DNA from: an uncultured Trueperaceae bacterium
Lineage (GTDB): Bacteria > Deinococcota > Deinococci > Deinococcales > Trueperaceae
Direction: 5' to 3'
Assembly (NCBI GenBank): GCA_963727505.1
Contig: CAVSGP010000012.1
Coordinates: 1-13,360 of the forward strand
DNA length: 13,360 nucleotides
The notes beneath the pieces are model-generated. The model was given only the letters and a program-made list of their open reading frames with translations. It was not told the DNA's origin and did not search any database. The position numbers were made by a program, and so were the translations under genes. Shown in pieces: positions 1 through 7,771 of the stretch (positions are counted from its first letter, which is position 1; the number at the start of each line of letters is the position of its first letter).

Positions 1-629
1 TTGCCAGCACCGCGTCATCGGCGAACCGCCGGGCCGGCGCCGCAGCTCCCTCGCCGAGCGTGGCCGCCGCTGTGGCCGCTCCTGTAGCCGCTGCTGTAGC
101 CGCCGCGGTAGCCGCATCCCCTCCCGACTCGTCTTCAGCATCACCGGCCGCACGCTGCACCGCACGCCGCAGTCGAACGCGCAATCCCGCCCGCCAGCGG
201 GCGGCCAGGGCCGGCCGGTCGGCGGCGCGTGCCGCTCGTATGCCGATGCCGAGAAGCGCCGGCCGCAAGGCCTCCGGGAACTCCCGCGTGCCGAGGGTCT
301 CGGCCACCAGGCGCACCGTCGTCTCCGCCTCGCCGCGCAGCATGGCGGCCAGCGCCACCGCCAGCGGCGCCCACTCGGGGACGTGGATGCCGGCGCGGGT
401 GCTGGCGCCGGTACTCGCGCCGGTGCTCGCGCCGGTGCTCGCGCCAGAGGGCGGCACCCCCTCGCCCGACGACCGGCCCCCGTGCCCGGGCCGCCCGGGC
501 CGCCAGCGCCGCCGCCGAGGCGCGCGCGTCGACGTCCAGCTCGCCGCGACGCAGGTAGGTCTCGGTGAGCGCCAGCAAGGTCTCGCGTGGCCCTCTCCGA
601 TCGGACGCTGGGCTCAGGGGGATGGTCAT
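1..629 (-). CDS. Hypothetical alpha-helical protein; 3' end runs off the window; one +1 frameshift at ~457-481
   Basis: ATG at 629 overlaps the upstream stop (ATGA, 626-629) and follows GGAGG. Reads MTIPLSPASDRRGPRETLLALTETYLRRGELDVDARASAAALAARAARARG, then the plausible coding frame shifts +1 to ...GASTGASTGASTRAGIHVPEWAPLAVALAAMLRGEAETTVRLVAETLGTREFPEALRPALLGIGIRAARAADRPALAARWRAG..., open to position 1. G5 runs (plus-strand C5 at 457-461 and 477-481) lie in the shift zone. Confidence 0.6.
60..116. repeat. Degenerate 12-bp tandem repeat (~5 units, GTRGCCGCYSCK) encoding an (AATA)n linker on the minus strand
   Basis: gtggccgccgct/gtggccgctcct/gtagccgctgct/gtagccgccgcg/gtagccgca read directly. 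Confidence 0.8.
399..446. repeat. 12-bp tandem repeat x4 encoding (GAST)n on the minus strand
   Basis: gtgctggcgccg/gtactcgcgccg/gtgctcgcgccg/gtgctcgcgcca. Confidence 0.85.
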
Positions 630-1801
630 GGCTTCCCTCCCGCCAGGCGGCGCGCCGTGCGGCCCTCCATCGCTTCGGTCACCGACGCATAGATGCCCCA
701 CTGCAGGTCTTCGATCGCTTCCAGGCGGGCCCGCGCCGCGGCGAGCCAGCCCTCGTCCCCTCCAGCATGCGCCCCGTCCGGCGGCTCGACCCACAATTCG
801 GAGCAGCCGCAGTGCGCCAGCCAGCCGTCGACCAGCGCCACCGTGGTCGGGAAGAAGCTGCTGAGCCCCAGCTCGGCCAGGGCCACGCTGCGGCGGTAGC
901 GCGCCTTGCGGCTGTGCGCCCCGCTCAGCGTGCGCCCGACGGCGCGCTCGAAGTCCGCGCGGTTGTAGGCCCAGCCCTCCACGAAGCGCTCGGGCGGGTC
1001 CCAGCGCCGGCCCGCGCGGGCGGCGTCGGTGACCAGCGCGTAGAACACCGCGAAGGGCGCGCCCTCGAGCGACTCGTCCACCCGCTCCAGCGCGGCCTGC
1101 ACCTGCTCCAGCACCACCGGGAACGACGGCGGCAGCGCCGCCAGCACGTGCAGCGCCGTCGGCGCCTCGCCGGCGAGCAGGCGGTGCGCGGCATGCGCCC
1201 AGAGCTCGTCGAGGGTGCCGCCTAGCTTGCGGCGGATGAGCTTGCCCTGGCTGTGTTTCTCGAAGTGGACCTGCGAGAGGTAGGCGTCGGAGTGGAAGCC
1301 CATGTGCCAGAGCACGGCCCCCATCGACAGGTGCGGCGTCACCGGCGCCAGCGCCAGGCTGGGCCAGTCGAAGCGGCGCGACAGCCCCAGCAGCACGGCG
1401 CGCTCGGTCACGTCGGCCAGCTCCCGCAGCCCGATGTCGCTGAGATCGTCGAGGAAGGCCCCCACGGTGCGCTGGAGGCGCGCCTCCGGGCCCAGCCCGG
1501 CACGGGCGCCCACCAGGTCGAGGAGCATCATCAGCCAGCGCCCGACATCACGGTTCGGCGCGTAGCTCAGCCAGGCGTGGGCGTAGCTCGTCTCCAGCAC
1601 GTGGAGCGCCAGCAGGTTGCGGCCGCGCACGTCCTCGCCGCGGCCGGCCAGCGCCAGGCGGCGGAGATGCGCCGCGAGCTCGTGGAGGTAGCTGTCGGGC
1701 GGTCCGGTGGCGTGTGTGGCGGTCGCTGTCAGGCACAGCGACTCCAGGGTACGGACGGCCGCGGCCCAGCCGCACACAGAGCCGCACGCACAGCTGCACA
1801 C
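626..1801 (-). CDS. Hypothetical, predominantly alpha-helical cytoplasmic protein (~370-390 aa); start uncertain
   Basis: Long ORF (626..1918) with GC3-rich codons and protein-like composition from ~1700 down (DSYLHELAAHLRRLALAG...LQWGIYASVTEAMEGRTARRLAGGKP). In-frame GTGs at 1918, 1822 and 1801; 1918 is too close to the putative -10 box. No family motif recognised. Confidence 0.75.
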   Translation of the reverse strand: MCSCACGSVCGWAAAVRTLESLCLTATATHATGPPDSYLHELAAHLRRLALAGRGEDVRGRNLLALHVLETSYAHAWLSYAPNRDVGRWLMMLLDLVGARAGLGPEARLQRTVGAFLDDLSDIGLRELADVTERAVLLGLSRRFDWPSLALAPVTPHLSMGAVLWHMGFHSDAYLSQVHFEKHSQGKLIRRKLGGTLDELWAHAAHRLLAGEAPTALHVLAALPPSFPVVLEQVQAALERVDESLEGAPFAVFYALVTDAARAGRRWDPPERFVEGWAYNRADFERAVGRTLSGAHSRKARYRRSVALAELGLSSFFPTTVALVDGWLAHCGCSELWVEPPDGAHAGGDEGWLAAARARLEAIEDLQWGIYASVTEAMEGRTARRLAGGKP

Positions 1802-1921
1802 GACACCGCCCCGCAGACCCACGCCGAACGATCCGGCACGTCCTTGCGGGTCACCGCCGCGCAAGGCGCGGAGCCGCCAACCATCCGTCTTCCCCCAACC
1901 ATGTCGCCCCTTCTGCACACC

Positions 1922-1930
1922 ATCTTAGCA
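1922..1930 (-). promoter_or_regulatory. Putative extended -10 promoter TG-c-TAAGAT for the two leftmost genes
   Basis: Minus strand reads ...ccattTGcTAAGATggtg... in an AT-richer intergenic patch. Confidence 0.5.
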
Positions 1931-2080
1931 AATGGTCTGGTGAAAGGACGCACAAGCGCCAGGAGGCCGTCGGCGGCGCTGGAGAGCGCGGGCACCTGCA
2001 ACCTGCGAATTCGGTGGCCCGGGGCGTGCCGGCGGTCCCCACTGCGTTCGGAGATGCCGGCCGGCCCTACGGGACGCGCG

Positions 2081-2770
2081 TCAGTAGGAGATGTCGGTGT
2101 TCACCCAGTGGCAGCCGACCCACTTGTAGCTCGCCGAGGCGCCGCCGGAGGCCCGGATCACGTCGCCGTTGCCCCGCTCCTTGACGGAGCCCTGGTAGTG
2201 GATCGTGACGGTGCCGTGGCTGGGGCCGACGTCGAGGCTCATGATCTGGTAGCTCTTGTGGAAGTCGTAGTAGAGATGCCCGTACTTGTGCCTGGCACGG
2301 TTGAGGAAGCTGTCGAGCGTGCGGTGGAACGCCGCCTTCAGGTTCGCCTTGCTCGGGTCCGCCGAGCAACCGAAGTCTCCGCGCCCGTTCGAGCCGTGCC
2401 CGTGGTCCCCTTCACCGCGCCCGCCGTTCGGGCGGCCACTCTCATGGGTTTGGTCGGGCGGCCCGTCTCCGGGGTCGAAGGGCCAACTCCCGCGGGCACC
2501 CCAACCATCCGCCCCCACCCAGGGAGCCCCGTACACCTCGGGGTGGTGGTCGCTCGACGATCGCGGCACGCTGGCCCACGCGACAGCGAACAGGAGAAAG
2601 ACCATGATCGACACGGCGGTGAGGGCCGCGACGCGGAATCGGCCGGGCGACCCCGACCGATGGGGTGACTCCGGGCGCGGCCGTGGGCCGCGCGAAGAAC
2701 GCCGTCGAGCCCGCGGCGACCGCCCTCCGGAACGCACATGCCATTGCGCCGTGATCGGCCTTCTCGCCAT
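2081..2770 (-). CDS. Exported protein (229 aa): signal peptide, putative amphipathic beta-hairpin, Gly/His-rich linker, Cys-flanked C-terminal domain paralogous to the next gene
   Basis: ATG 2770 after GGGGTGGAACG; Arg-rich n-region, h-region VAALTAVSIMVFLLFAVAWA with an AxA site; C-terminal 91 aa align gaplessly with the 2908..3930 product (43/91 identical by hand count). Confidence 0.8.
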   Translation of the reverse strand: MARRPITAQWHVRSGGRSPRARRRSSRGPRPRPESPHRSGSPGRFRVAALTAVSIMVFLLFAVAWASVPRSSSDHHPEVYGAPWVGADGWGARGSWPFDPGDGPPDQTHESGRPNGGRGEGDHGHGSNGRGDFGCSADPSKANLKAAFHRTLDSFLNRARHKYGHLYYDFHKSYQIMSLDVGPSHGTVTIHYQGSVKERGNGDVIRASGGASASYKWVGCHWVNTDISY

Positions 2771-2848
2771 CGTTCCACCCCCAGTTCCCGGTATCGACCT
2801 CGCGCCCGGTGCCGGCATACGGGCGACCAGCACGGGAACGCTGTTCGC

Positions 2849-2854
2849 ACTCTA
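2849..2854 (-). promoter_or_regulatory. Possible -10 box TAGAGT upstream of the 2770 start
   Basis: Minus strand ggtggaTAGAGTgcgaac in the intergenic gap; no convincing -35. Confidence 0.3.
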
Positions 2855-2907
2855 TCCACCGGGTGCGGACGGGCTCGAAAATTCGGACTTCGCGGGTTGG
2901 ACGGGTC

Positions 2908-3930
2908 CTAGTAGCTGACGTCCACCGTCGACCAACCGCAGCCGTTCCAGCGGTACACCGCCGAGGCGTTGCCCGACGCCGACTCCCGCTTGCCCGTAGC
3001 GATGGTCCGTACGCTGCCCTTGTAGTGGATCTTGACCACGCCGTGGTCGCCGCTGATGCGCACCGAGGTGATGTCGAAGCTGTAGTTGAGGTCGGTGTAG
3101 ATGCTGCCGTAGGTGGCGCGCGCGCTATCCAGGAAGCCCTTCAGGGTCCGGTGGAAGGCTTCGAGCAGCATCCCGCGGTCGGGCGTGTCGGACTTCTCGC
3201 ACACCGGCCCAGGAGAACCGGCCAACGACATGGGGGCCGCCGCCTCCGGCCCGTACCCGCCGTGCGTCGGCACGAAGGGGAAGGCGTAGCTCACGCCCAC
3301 CGACAAGTAGGGCGCCCAGGTGCGCTTCGCCAGCAGCGGCACGTTCGCCACGCCCCCCTCCAGGTCGAGGCGGACGTGCAGCGACAGCGGCACATGCGCA
3401 CCGACCGTGGCGAAATAGGTGACATTGCCGCCGTAGTAGCCGCCGCCGATGCCCACGAACAGCGGCACCGGCACGGGCACCGGCGGGTAGCCACGCAGCT
3501 CGAGGCCGACGTAGGGGCCGACCACCGTGTAGCTGCCCTTCACCTGGAAGCCGAGGTACTGGTACTGGGCGGAGAGGTAGCCGGCGACGGTCTGGTAGCT
3601 CGGGAAACCGGCGCTGACGCCGAAGGCGCCGAGGACGGGGGGTGGGGACGTGTCGGTGACCGTGGTCGTCGAGGAGCCTTCGGCCGAGGAACCCGCGCCC
3701 GACGAACCGGCATTCGTCGAACCGGCGCTCGACGAACCGGACACATCGGTCGGCTGGGAAGCCGGCGCTTGCGGGCCCGGGCCTGACGCGCTCGGGGGCG
3801 CCGCCGCGAAGCCGAACCCGGCGACCAGACAGGCCGCCAGGATGACAGCCGCCCCGGCCGCGGCCAGCGGGCGGCCTGCTCGGCGGCCGGCTCGGTGCCC
3901 GGCTCGTAGGTTGCCTGTGCGGGTATCCAC
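2908..3930 (-). CDS. Putative outer-membrane protein: signal peptide, Ser/Gly/Thr linker, ~8-stranded beta-barrel (3274-3631), Cys-flanked C-terminal domain
   Basis: GTG start after AGGGGGGAG. Eight alternating Gly/aromatic-rich segments (AFGVSAGF, VAGYLSAQY, LGFQVKGSYT, YVGLELRGY, LFVGIGGGYY, TYFATVGAHV, VRLDLEGGV, YLSVGVSYAF), the last with a beta-signal-like G-V-S-Y-x-F. Confidence 0.75.
   Translation of the reverse strand: MDTRTGNLRAGHRAGRRAGRPLAAAGAAVILAACLVAGFGFAAAPPSASGPGPQAPASQPTDVSGSSSAGSTNAGSSGAGSSAEGSSTTTVTDTSPPPVLGAFGVSAGFPSYQTVAGYLSAQYQYLGFQVKGSYTVVGPYVGLELRGYPPVPVPVPLFVGIGGGYYGGNVTYFATVGAHVPLSLHVRLDLEGGVANVPLLAKRTWAPYLSVGVSYAFPFVPTHGGYGPEAAAPMSLAGSPGPVCEKSDTPDRGMLLEAFHRTLKGFLDSARATYGSIYTDLNYSFDITSVRISGDHGVVKIHYKGSVRTIATGKRESASGNASAVYRWNGCGWSTVDVSY
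3671..3745. repeat. Degenerate 15-bp tandem repeat x5 encoding an (xAGSS)n linker
   Basis: gaggagccttcggcc/gaggaacccgcgccc/gacgaaccggcattc/gtcgaaccggcgctc/gacgaaccggacaca. Confidence 0.7.
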
Positions 3931-3993
3931 GCTCCCCCCTCTCGACCGATGCTCCGTGCGGGCCGTCCAGCCGGCTCGGAGGGGTCGAGGATC

Positions 3994-4002
3994 ACGTTAC
4001 CA
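3994..4002 (-). promoter_or_regulatory. Putative extended -10 promoter TG-g-TAACGT for the barrel gene
   Basis: Minus strand ccgcTGgTAACGTgatcctcg in the intergenic gap, ~64 nt upstream of the GTG at 3930. Confidence 0.45.
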
Positions 4003-4053
4003 GCGGCGGGCCTGTCGCTCCGCAACCTCAAGCGATTGATGAACGCGCCTGCC

Positions 4054-5467
4054 TCAACGTTCCCGCGCCTCCCAGCCAGCGTCGACGTAATCGAGGTAGC
4101 CGCGCACCTGCCGGACGTACTCCGCCCAGGCGGCGTAGACAGTGCGCCGGGCGTCACGCGTGTCGGCCAGCGAGCGTTGCCGCTCGGCGAGCCCCAACGC
4201 GCGCTCCGCGAGCTGCGCGGCCGCACGACGCCTCGCCGCCTGCTTCGGGAAGTCCCGCTCGTAGGCGGTGAGCGCCTCACGGGCTCTCCTCACCCGGCGC
4301 TGCAGATCCGGGAGCGACCCCAGCGCCGTGGAGAGGACGGCGGTGGAGAGGACGACCGTGGCGTGCACGCCCACCGACCAGGCGTCCGGCCCGCCGGGGA
4401 ACGCCAGGCTCAGCTCGGCGCGCGGCGTGGCCTCGACGATCCCGACGTCCGTGCGCACGGCCACGTTGCCGGTCGTGTAGCTGCCGCTGAAGGCGAGCCC
4501 CTCGAGCGTGCCGTAGACGCCCGCCTGCCTGAGATCGGCCTCGGCGCGCCGCAGCTCGAGCTGCCTGAGCCGGTAGGCGCCCGTTGAGCGCGCCTCGGCG
4601 GGCGGCAGCACGAACCGCAGCGGCGCGTAGACCGCGGCCCCGCTCAGACCGTAGCCCTCCAGCTCGGCCTGCAGCCCACCGAGCTCCAGGCGGGACTGCC
4701 CGACCTGCAGGCGCAGACCCTCCACGCCGAGCCTACGGAGCTCGAGGTCGCGGCTCGCGCGGCCGGCCAGCGGCGAGGCGGCTCCGTCGGATGGGCCAGC
4801 GGCCGAAATCGAACCCGCCGAGATCGAACGCACCGCGGCCGAACCCGCGGTGATCAAACCTGCCGACTCCGATGCCGCGTTCGCCTGCGCCCCGAGCACC
4901 GCGCAGCTCCTGCCCCTGCGAGGTGACCTGCTCCTCGAGCTGCGCTACGGTGAGCTGGACCTGCAACAGGCGCGCGTGGGCCGTGAGTGCCCTGGCTACG
5001 GCGCGGCGCCGCAGGCGGGCCACCGCCGCGCGAGCGCGCTCCAGGCCGTCCAGCTCGGCGAGCAAAGCCGGCTCGTCGTAGCTGTAGCGCAGCGTCGCAT
5101 CGAGTTGGAGACGGGTCGACCACTCGGGCGGCACCGCGTCCGCTTCGTAGGTGCCGAAGCTCACGCCGGGCCGGAACGTGACGCTGGCGTCGAAGCCGTG
5201 GAGGACCCCGAGCGCCCGCTCCCGGGCGGCGACCTCGGCGCGGGCGTCGGCCAGCGCCGGCTCGACGGCCCGCAGGGCGTCCTCCGGCGTCGAGTCAGCC
5301 ATGGCGGCCCAGAGCATCGAGGCCAGGACGGTCGCCATCCCCCAGACATGTACGCGGAACCGCGAAGCGTGCGTCCGGTCCGTGCGCGGCCCGTACACGC
5401 TCGAGCGTTCCGCGGACGGACGTTCGGTTCGTGCCCCCTCCACGCAGACCCCAACCCCCCGCCCCAT
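4054..5467 (-). CDS. TolC/outer-membrane efflux-like protein split by a +1 frameshift (~4865-4920); pseudogene or sequencing error
   Basis: N-half in the 4733..5773 frame (likely ATG 5467 after GGGGGAG; signal peptide ...WGMATVLASMLWAAMA|DST; helix, beta segment FDASVTFRPGVSFG...LQLDATLRYSY, long helices). C-half in the 4054..4899 frame (helices, beta segment LAFSGSYTT...WSVGVHATVVL, helices). The duplicated helix-beta-helix layout matches OEP/TolC architecture; family call is from architecture only. Confidence 0.55.
4805..4864. repeat. Degenerate 15-bp tandem repeat x4 in the linker of the TolC-like gene
   Basis: gaaatcgaacccgcc/gagatcgaacgcacc/gcggccgaacccgcg/gtgatcaaacctgcc; reads AGLIT-AGSAA-VRSIS-AGSIS in the downstream frame. 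Confidence 0.65.
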
Positions 5468-5783
5468 ACCGACTCCCCCCTTCGAAGCAGCCTCGCGTCG
5501 CCACCGAGAACGTGCCTGCGACGACCTCTCCGGGAGGAACCGTGCTCCCCGCCTGCGCGCTGCTTCCATGCCCATCTCAATACCGCGCTCGGTACCATTT
5601 TCAGTACCGCCGCGTCGCGGCCTTCTGCCTCGGTTCGAGATCGACTGTAGCGCACGCCGGTGGCCGCGTACTCGTCCGGCGTGCAGGACGGATGGTTGTC
5701 CTGTGAAAAGATCTACTCGAGCCCACCATGGCGACGCATCGATCGAGACGCGAGCGCCGCGACATCTTCCCAACAGCGCGAGG

Positions 5784-5792
5784 TGCTAGACT
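5784..5792 (+). promoter_or_regulatory. Putative extended -10 promoter TG-c-TAGACT for wzc
   Basis: gaggTGcTAGACTccaac in the divergent intergenic region ~130 nt upstream of the wzc start. Confidence 0.5.
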
Positions 5793-5922
5793 CCAACCCG
5801 TATCGGTTGCCGGCCTCGGCGACGTCCATCGCAACGTACCGCCGGTGTGGACTGCGCGAGGCTGATGATCGACCTAGATTCGAGAATCAGACGAGCTTCG
5901 AATTCTGGGGGGAGGGGGATCG

Positions 5923-7614
5923 TTGAACCCTGAACCGTACCAAGACGAGATTTCGCTCCACGAACTGTGGGAGTTGATGCGGCGTGGGCTTCCGTTCGCC
6001 GTCGCCGTGACCGTACTGGCTGCCTTCACGACCTTCATGCTCGTCCGACAAGCGCCACGCGTCTATCAAGCGTCTTCCACGATCCTGGCATCACAACCCG
6101 ATTCCGGCCTCAAGTCCTTCAACGTCTCGCTCGTTACCGCACCGCCGGTAGATGTGCCGGCGTACGAAGCTGCGGCAAAGGGGTTCCCGGTGTTGAAGCG
6201 GGCACTGGGCGATCTCGGTAATGCGTCACCGACGAGAGCGGCGATCGACGACCTTCGCAAGAAGCTCTCGATCACGGCCGAACAGGACGCGAGTTCGAGC
6301 CTCATCTACGTGCAGGTGCGTGGTGAGAATCCGAAGCAGGCGGCTGCGCAGGCCAACGCCATCGCCGCGTCACTCCTCAACTGGGACAAGAATCGCGCTT
6401 CGAGCCACCTCCAAACGATCGTCAAGACGCTCGAGGGGCAGATCCAGTCGCTCGACGCTCAGATCGCCACCGACAATGCCAGCGGTTCCGGCGCGGCGTC
6501 CGATATCGCTGGCCTGCAACAGCTCAAGGCCCAGCAGACGTTGCAACTCAACGCCGCGCAGGCGCTGACGAACTCGGCGGTCGGGCGCCTGGAGATCGTC
6601 ACTCCCGCCCAGACACCTATCGAACCGGTGGCGCCTCGGCCCAAGTTGGCGGCGGCCATCGCAGCCGTCCTTGCGCTCATGGCGGCATATCTCTTCGTCT
6701 TCCTGCGATCGGCTCTGAATTCCAGGTATGGTTCCATCGACGAACTGGCCCGCGATACCGATCTCACCATCCTCGGTGAGTTCCCGAGACTGGGTCCGAA
6801 AGCCGGGCTCCTCCCGCGGGAGCGCGTCAATTTCCTGCGAACCAACCTCTCGTTCGCTTCGGCATCCATCCATCCGAAGGTGTTCGTGGTCACGAGCGCG
6901 GATCCTGGCGATGGCAAGACGACCGTGGCCGTGAACCTTGCCGAGGCCTACGCACGGAACGAATATCGGACGCTCCTGATCGACGCAGATCTACGGAAGC
7001 CTGACGTTGGCAATGTGCTCGGCGTTCAACCCGAAGGGTCATCGGATCTGCTCGCGCTCCTCCAGAACCCGTCGCGCGAGATCTCCTTGCGATCCATCGA
7101 CGTGGACGGCGTGCCGTTCCAGGTTCTGCCCACGAGCGCCGAATCCGCCCGGGCAACGGAGTTGCTGTCGCGGGCCTTCAAGGGTGTACTCAATCGTATC
7201 CAGGACTTCGACGTCATCGTCATCGACTCCGCGCCGATCCTACCCGTCGCCGATTCGCTCACCATCGCCCCGTACGCGAGCGGCGTCATCGTGGCAGCAA
7301 ACCTGGTCGACACGGACAAGCGTCGCATGCGAGGTGCCCTCGCCCTGCTCCACCGACTCGGCGTCCAGGTCATGGGGCTCGCCGTCACCCAGGTTCCGGA
7401 GAAGCAGGCCAAGCGCCGAGGGTCAGGCTACGGATACGGGTACGGATACGGATACGGGAACGGGTACGGTGCAGACGCTGAGAAGCACCGGACGACAGCG
7501 CGCGGTGAGGCTCGGAGAAGGAATATCGCCGCCTCTGTGATCAACGAACAGGACTCGCCGAAAGCGGCGGAGGTCGCCTACCGGGGCTTGAGACCCGACG
7601 AGAGCCGAAGTTGA
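5923..7614 (+). CDS. wzc: Polysaccharide co-polymerase / tyrosine autokinase (Wzc-type BY-kinase), 563 aa
   Basis: TTG start after GGAGGGGG. Wzz-like N-terminus (DEISLHELWELMRR + TM1 + YQASSTI), coiled-coil periplasmic part, PxxPVAPRP + TM2, Walker A SADPGDGKTT, A' LLIDADLRKP, B VIVIDSAP, and C-terminal Tyr cluster GYGYGYGYGYGNGYG. Confidence 0.95.
   Translation: MNPEPYQDEISLHELWELMRRGLPFAVAVTVLAAFTTFMLVRQAPRVYQASSTILASQPDSGLKSFNVSLVTAPPVDVPAYEAAAKGFPVLKRALGDLGNASPTRAAIDDLRKKLSITAEQDASSSLIYVQVRGENPKQAAAQANAIAASLLNWDKNRASSHLQTIVKTLEGQIQSLDAQIATDNASGSGAASDIAGLQQLKAQQTLQLNAAQALTNSAVGRLEIVTPAQTPIEPVAPRPKLAAAIAAVLALMAAYLFVFLRSALNSRYGSIDELARDTDLTILGEFPRLGPKAGLLPRERVNFLRTNLSFASASIHPKVFVVTSADPGDGKTTVAVNLAEAYARNEYRTLLIDADLRKPDVGNVLGVQPEGSSDLLALLQNPSREISLRSIDVDGVPFQVLPTSAESARATELLSRAFKGVLNRIQDFDVIVIDSAPILPVADSLTIAPYASGVIVAANLVDTDKRRMRGALALLHRLGVQVMGLAVTQVPEKQAKRRGSGYGYGYGYGYGNGYGADAEKHRTTARGEARRRNIAASVINEQDSPKAAEVAYRGLRPDESRS
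7426..7470 (+). repeat. (GGNTAC)n hexamer repeat encoding the BY-kinase tyrosine cluster
   Basis: ggctac ggatac gggtac ggatac ggatac gggaac gggtac ggt; a similar array occurs in the second copy at ~8662-8712. Confidence 0.85.
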
Positions 7615-7771
7615 TGCGTTCTCTTGGGGGATGATTGCGGGGTATGGCCGCCGCGGACCGCGAACGCCTCGGCCGCGCGCGTCTGTGAGGTGAGGGAGGG
7701 TGCCGACTGTCGTGCCTGCTCATGCCGGCGCCGCTCTAGGCGCCGCCAGACTCAACGGCGGCCCTGAAGTA

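Noticed and set aside
399..446. Short repeat arrays as CRISPR or mobile-element ends
   Set aside because: Units are 12-15 bp, contiguous and spacer-free; no cas, transposase or integrase gene in the window.
141..794. 217-aa minus ORF with REHRREHRREYRRQH repeats
   Set aside because: Only 629 to ~480 looks real; the His/Arg repeat is the off-frame reading of the 12-bp repeat and the part above 629 overlaps the upstream gene.
1253..2668. 471-aa plus-strand ORF (also 587..1225, 2809..3786, 3949..4587, 4850..5650)
   Set aside because: Antisense shadows of the minus-strand genes, typical of high-GC DNA; no motifs.
3826..3846. Lipobox-like VILAAC in the barrel protein
   Set aside because: The hydrophobic stretch continues past the Cys to GFA|A, which fits signal peptidase I better; not fully excluded.
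7615..7771. Possible further remnants of the wzc copy-2 5' end (e.g. ccagactca...gccctgaagt resembling PDSGLKS)
   Set aside because: Similarity is too short to separate from chance without an alignment statistic.
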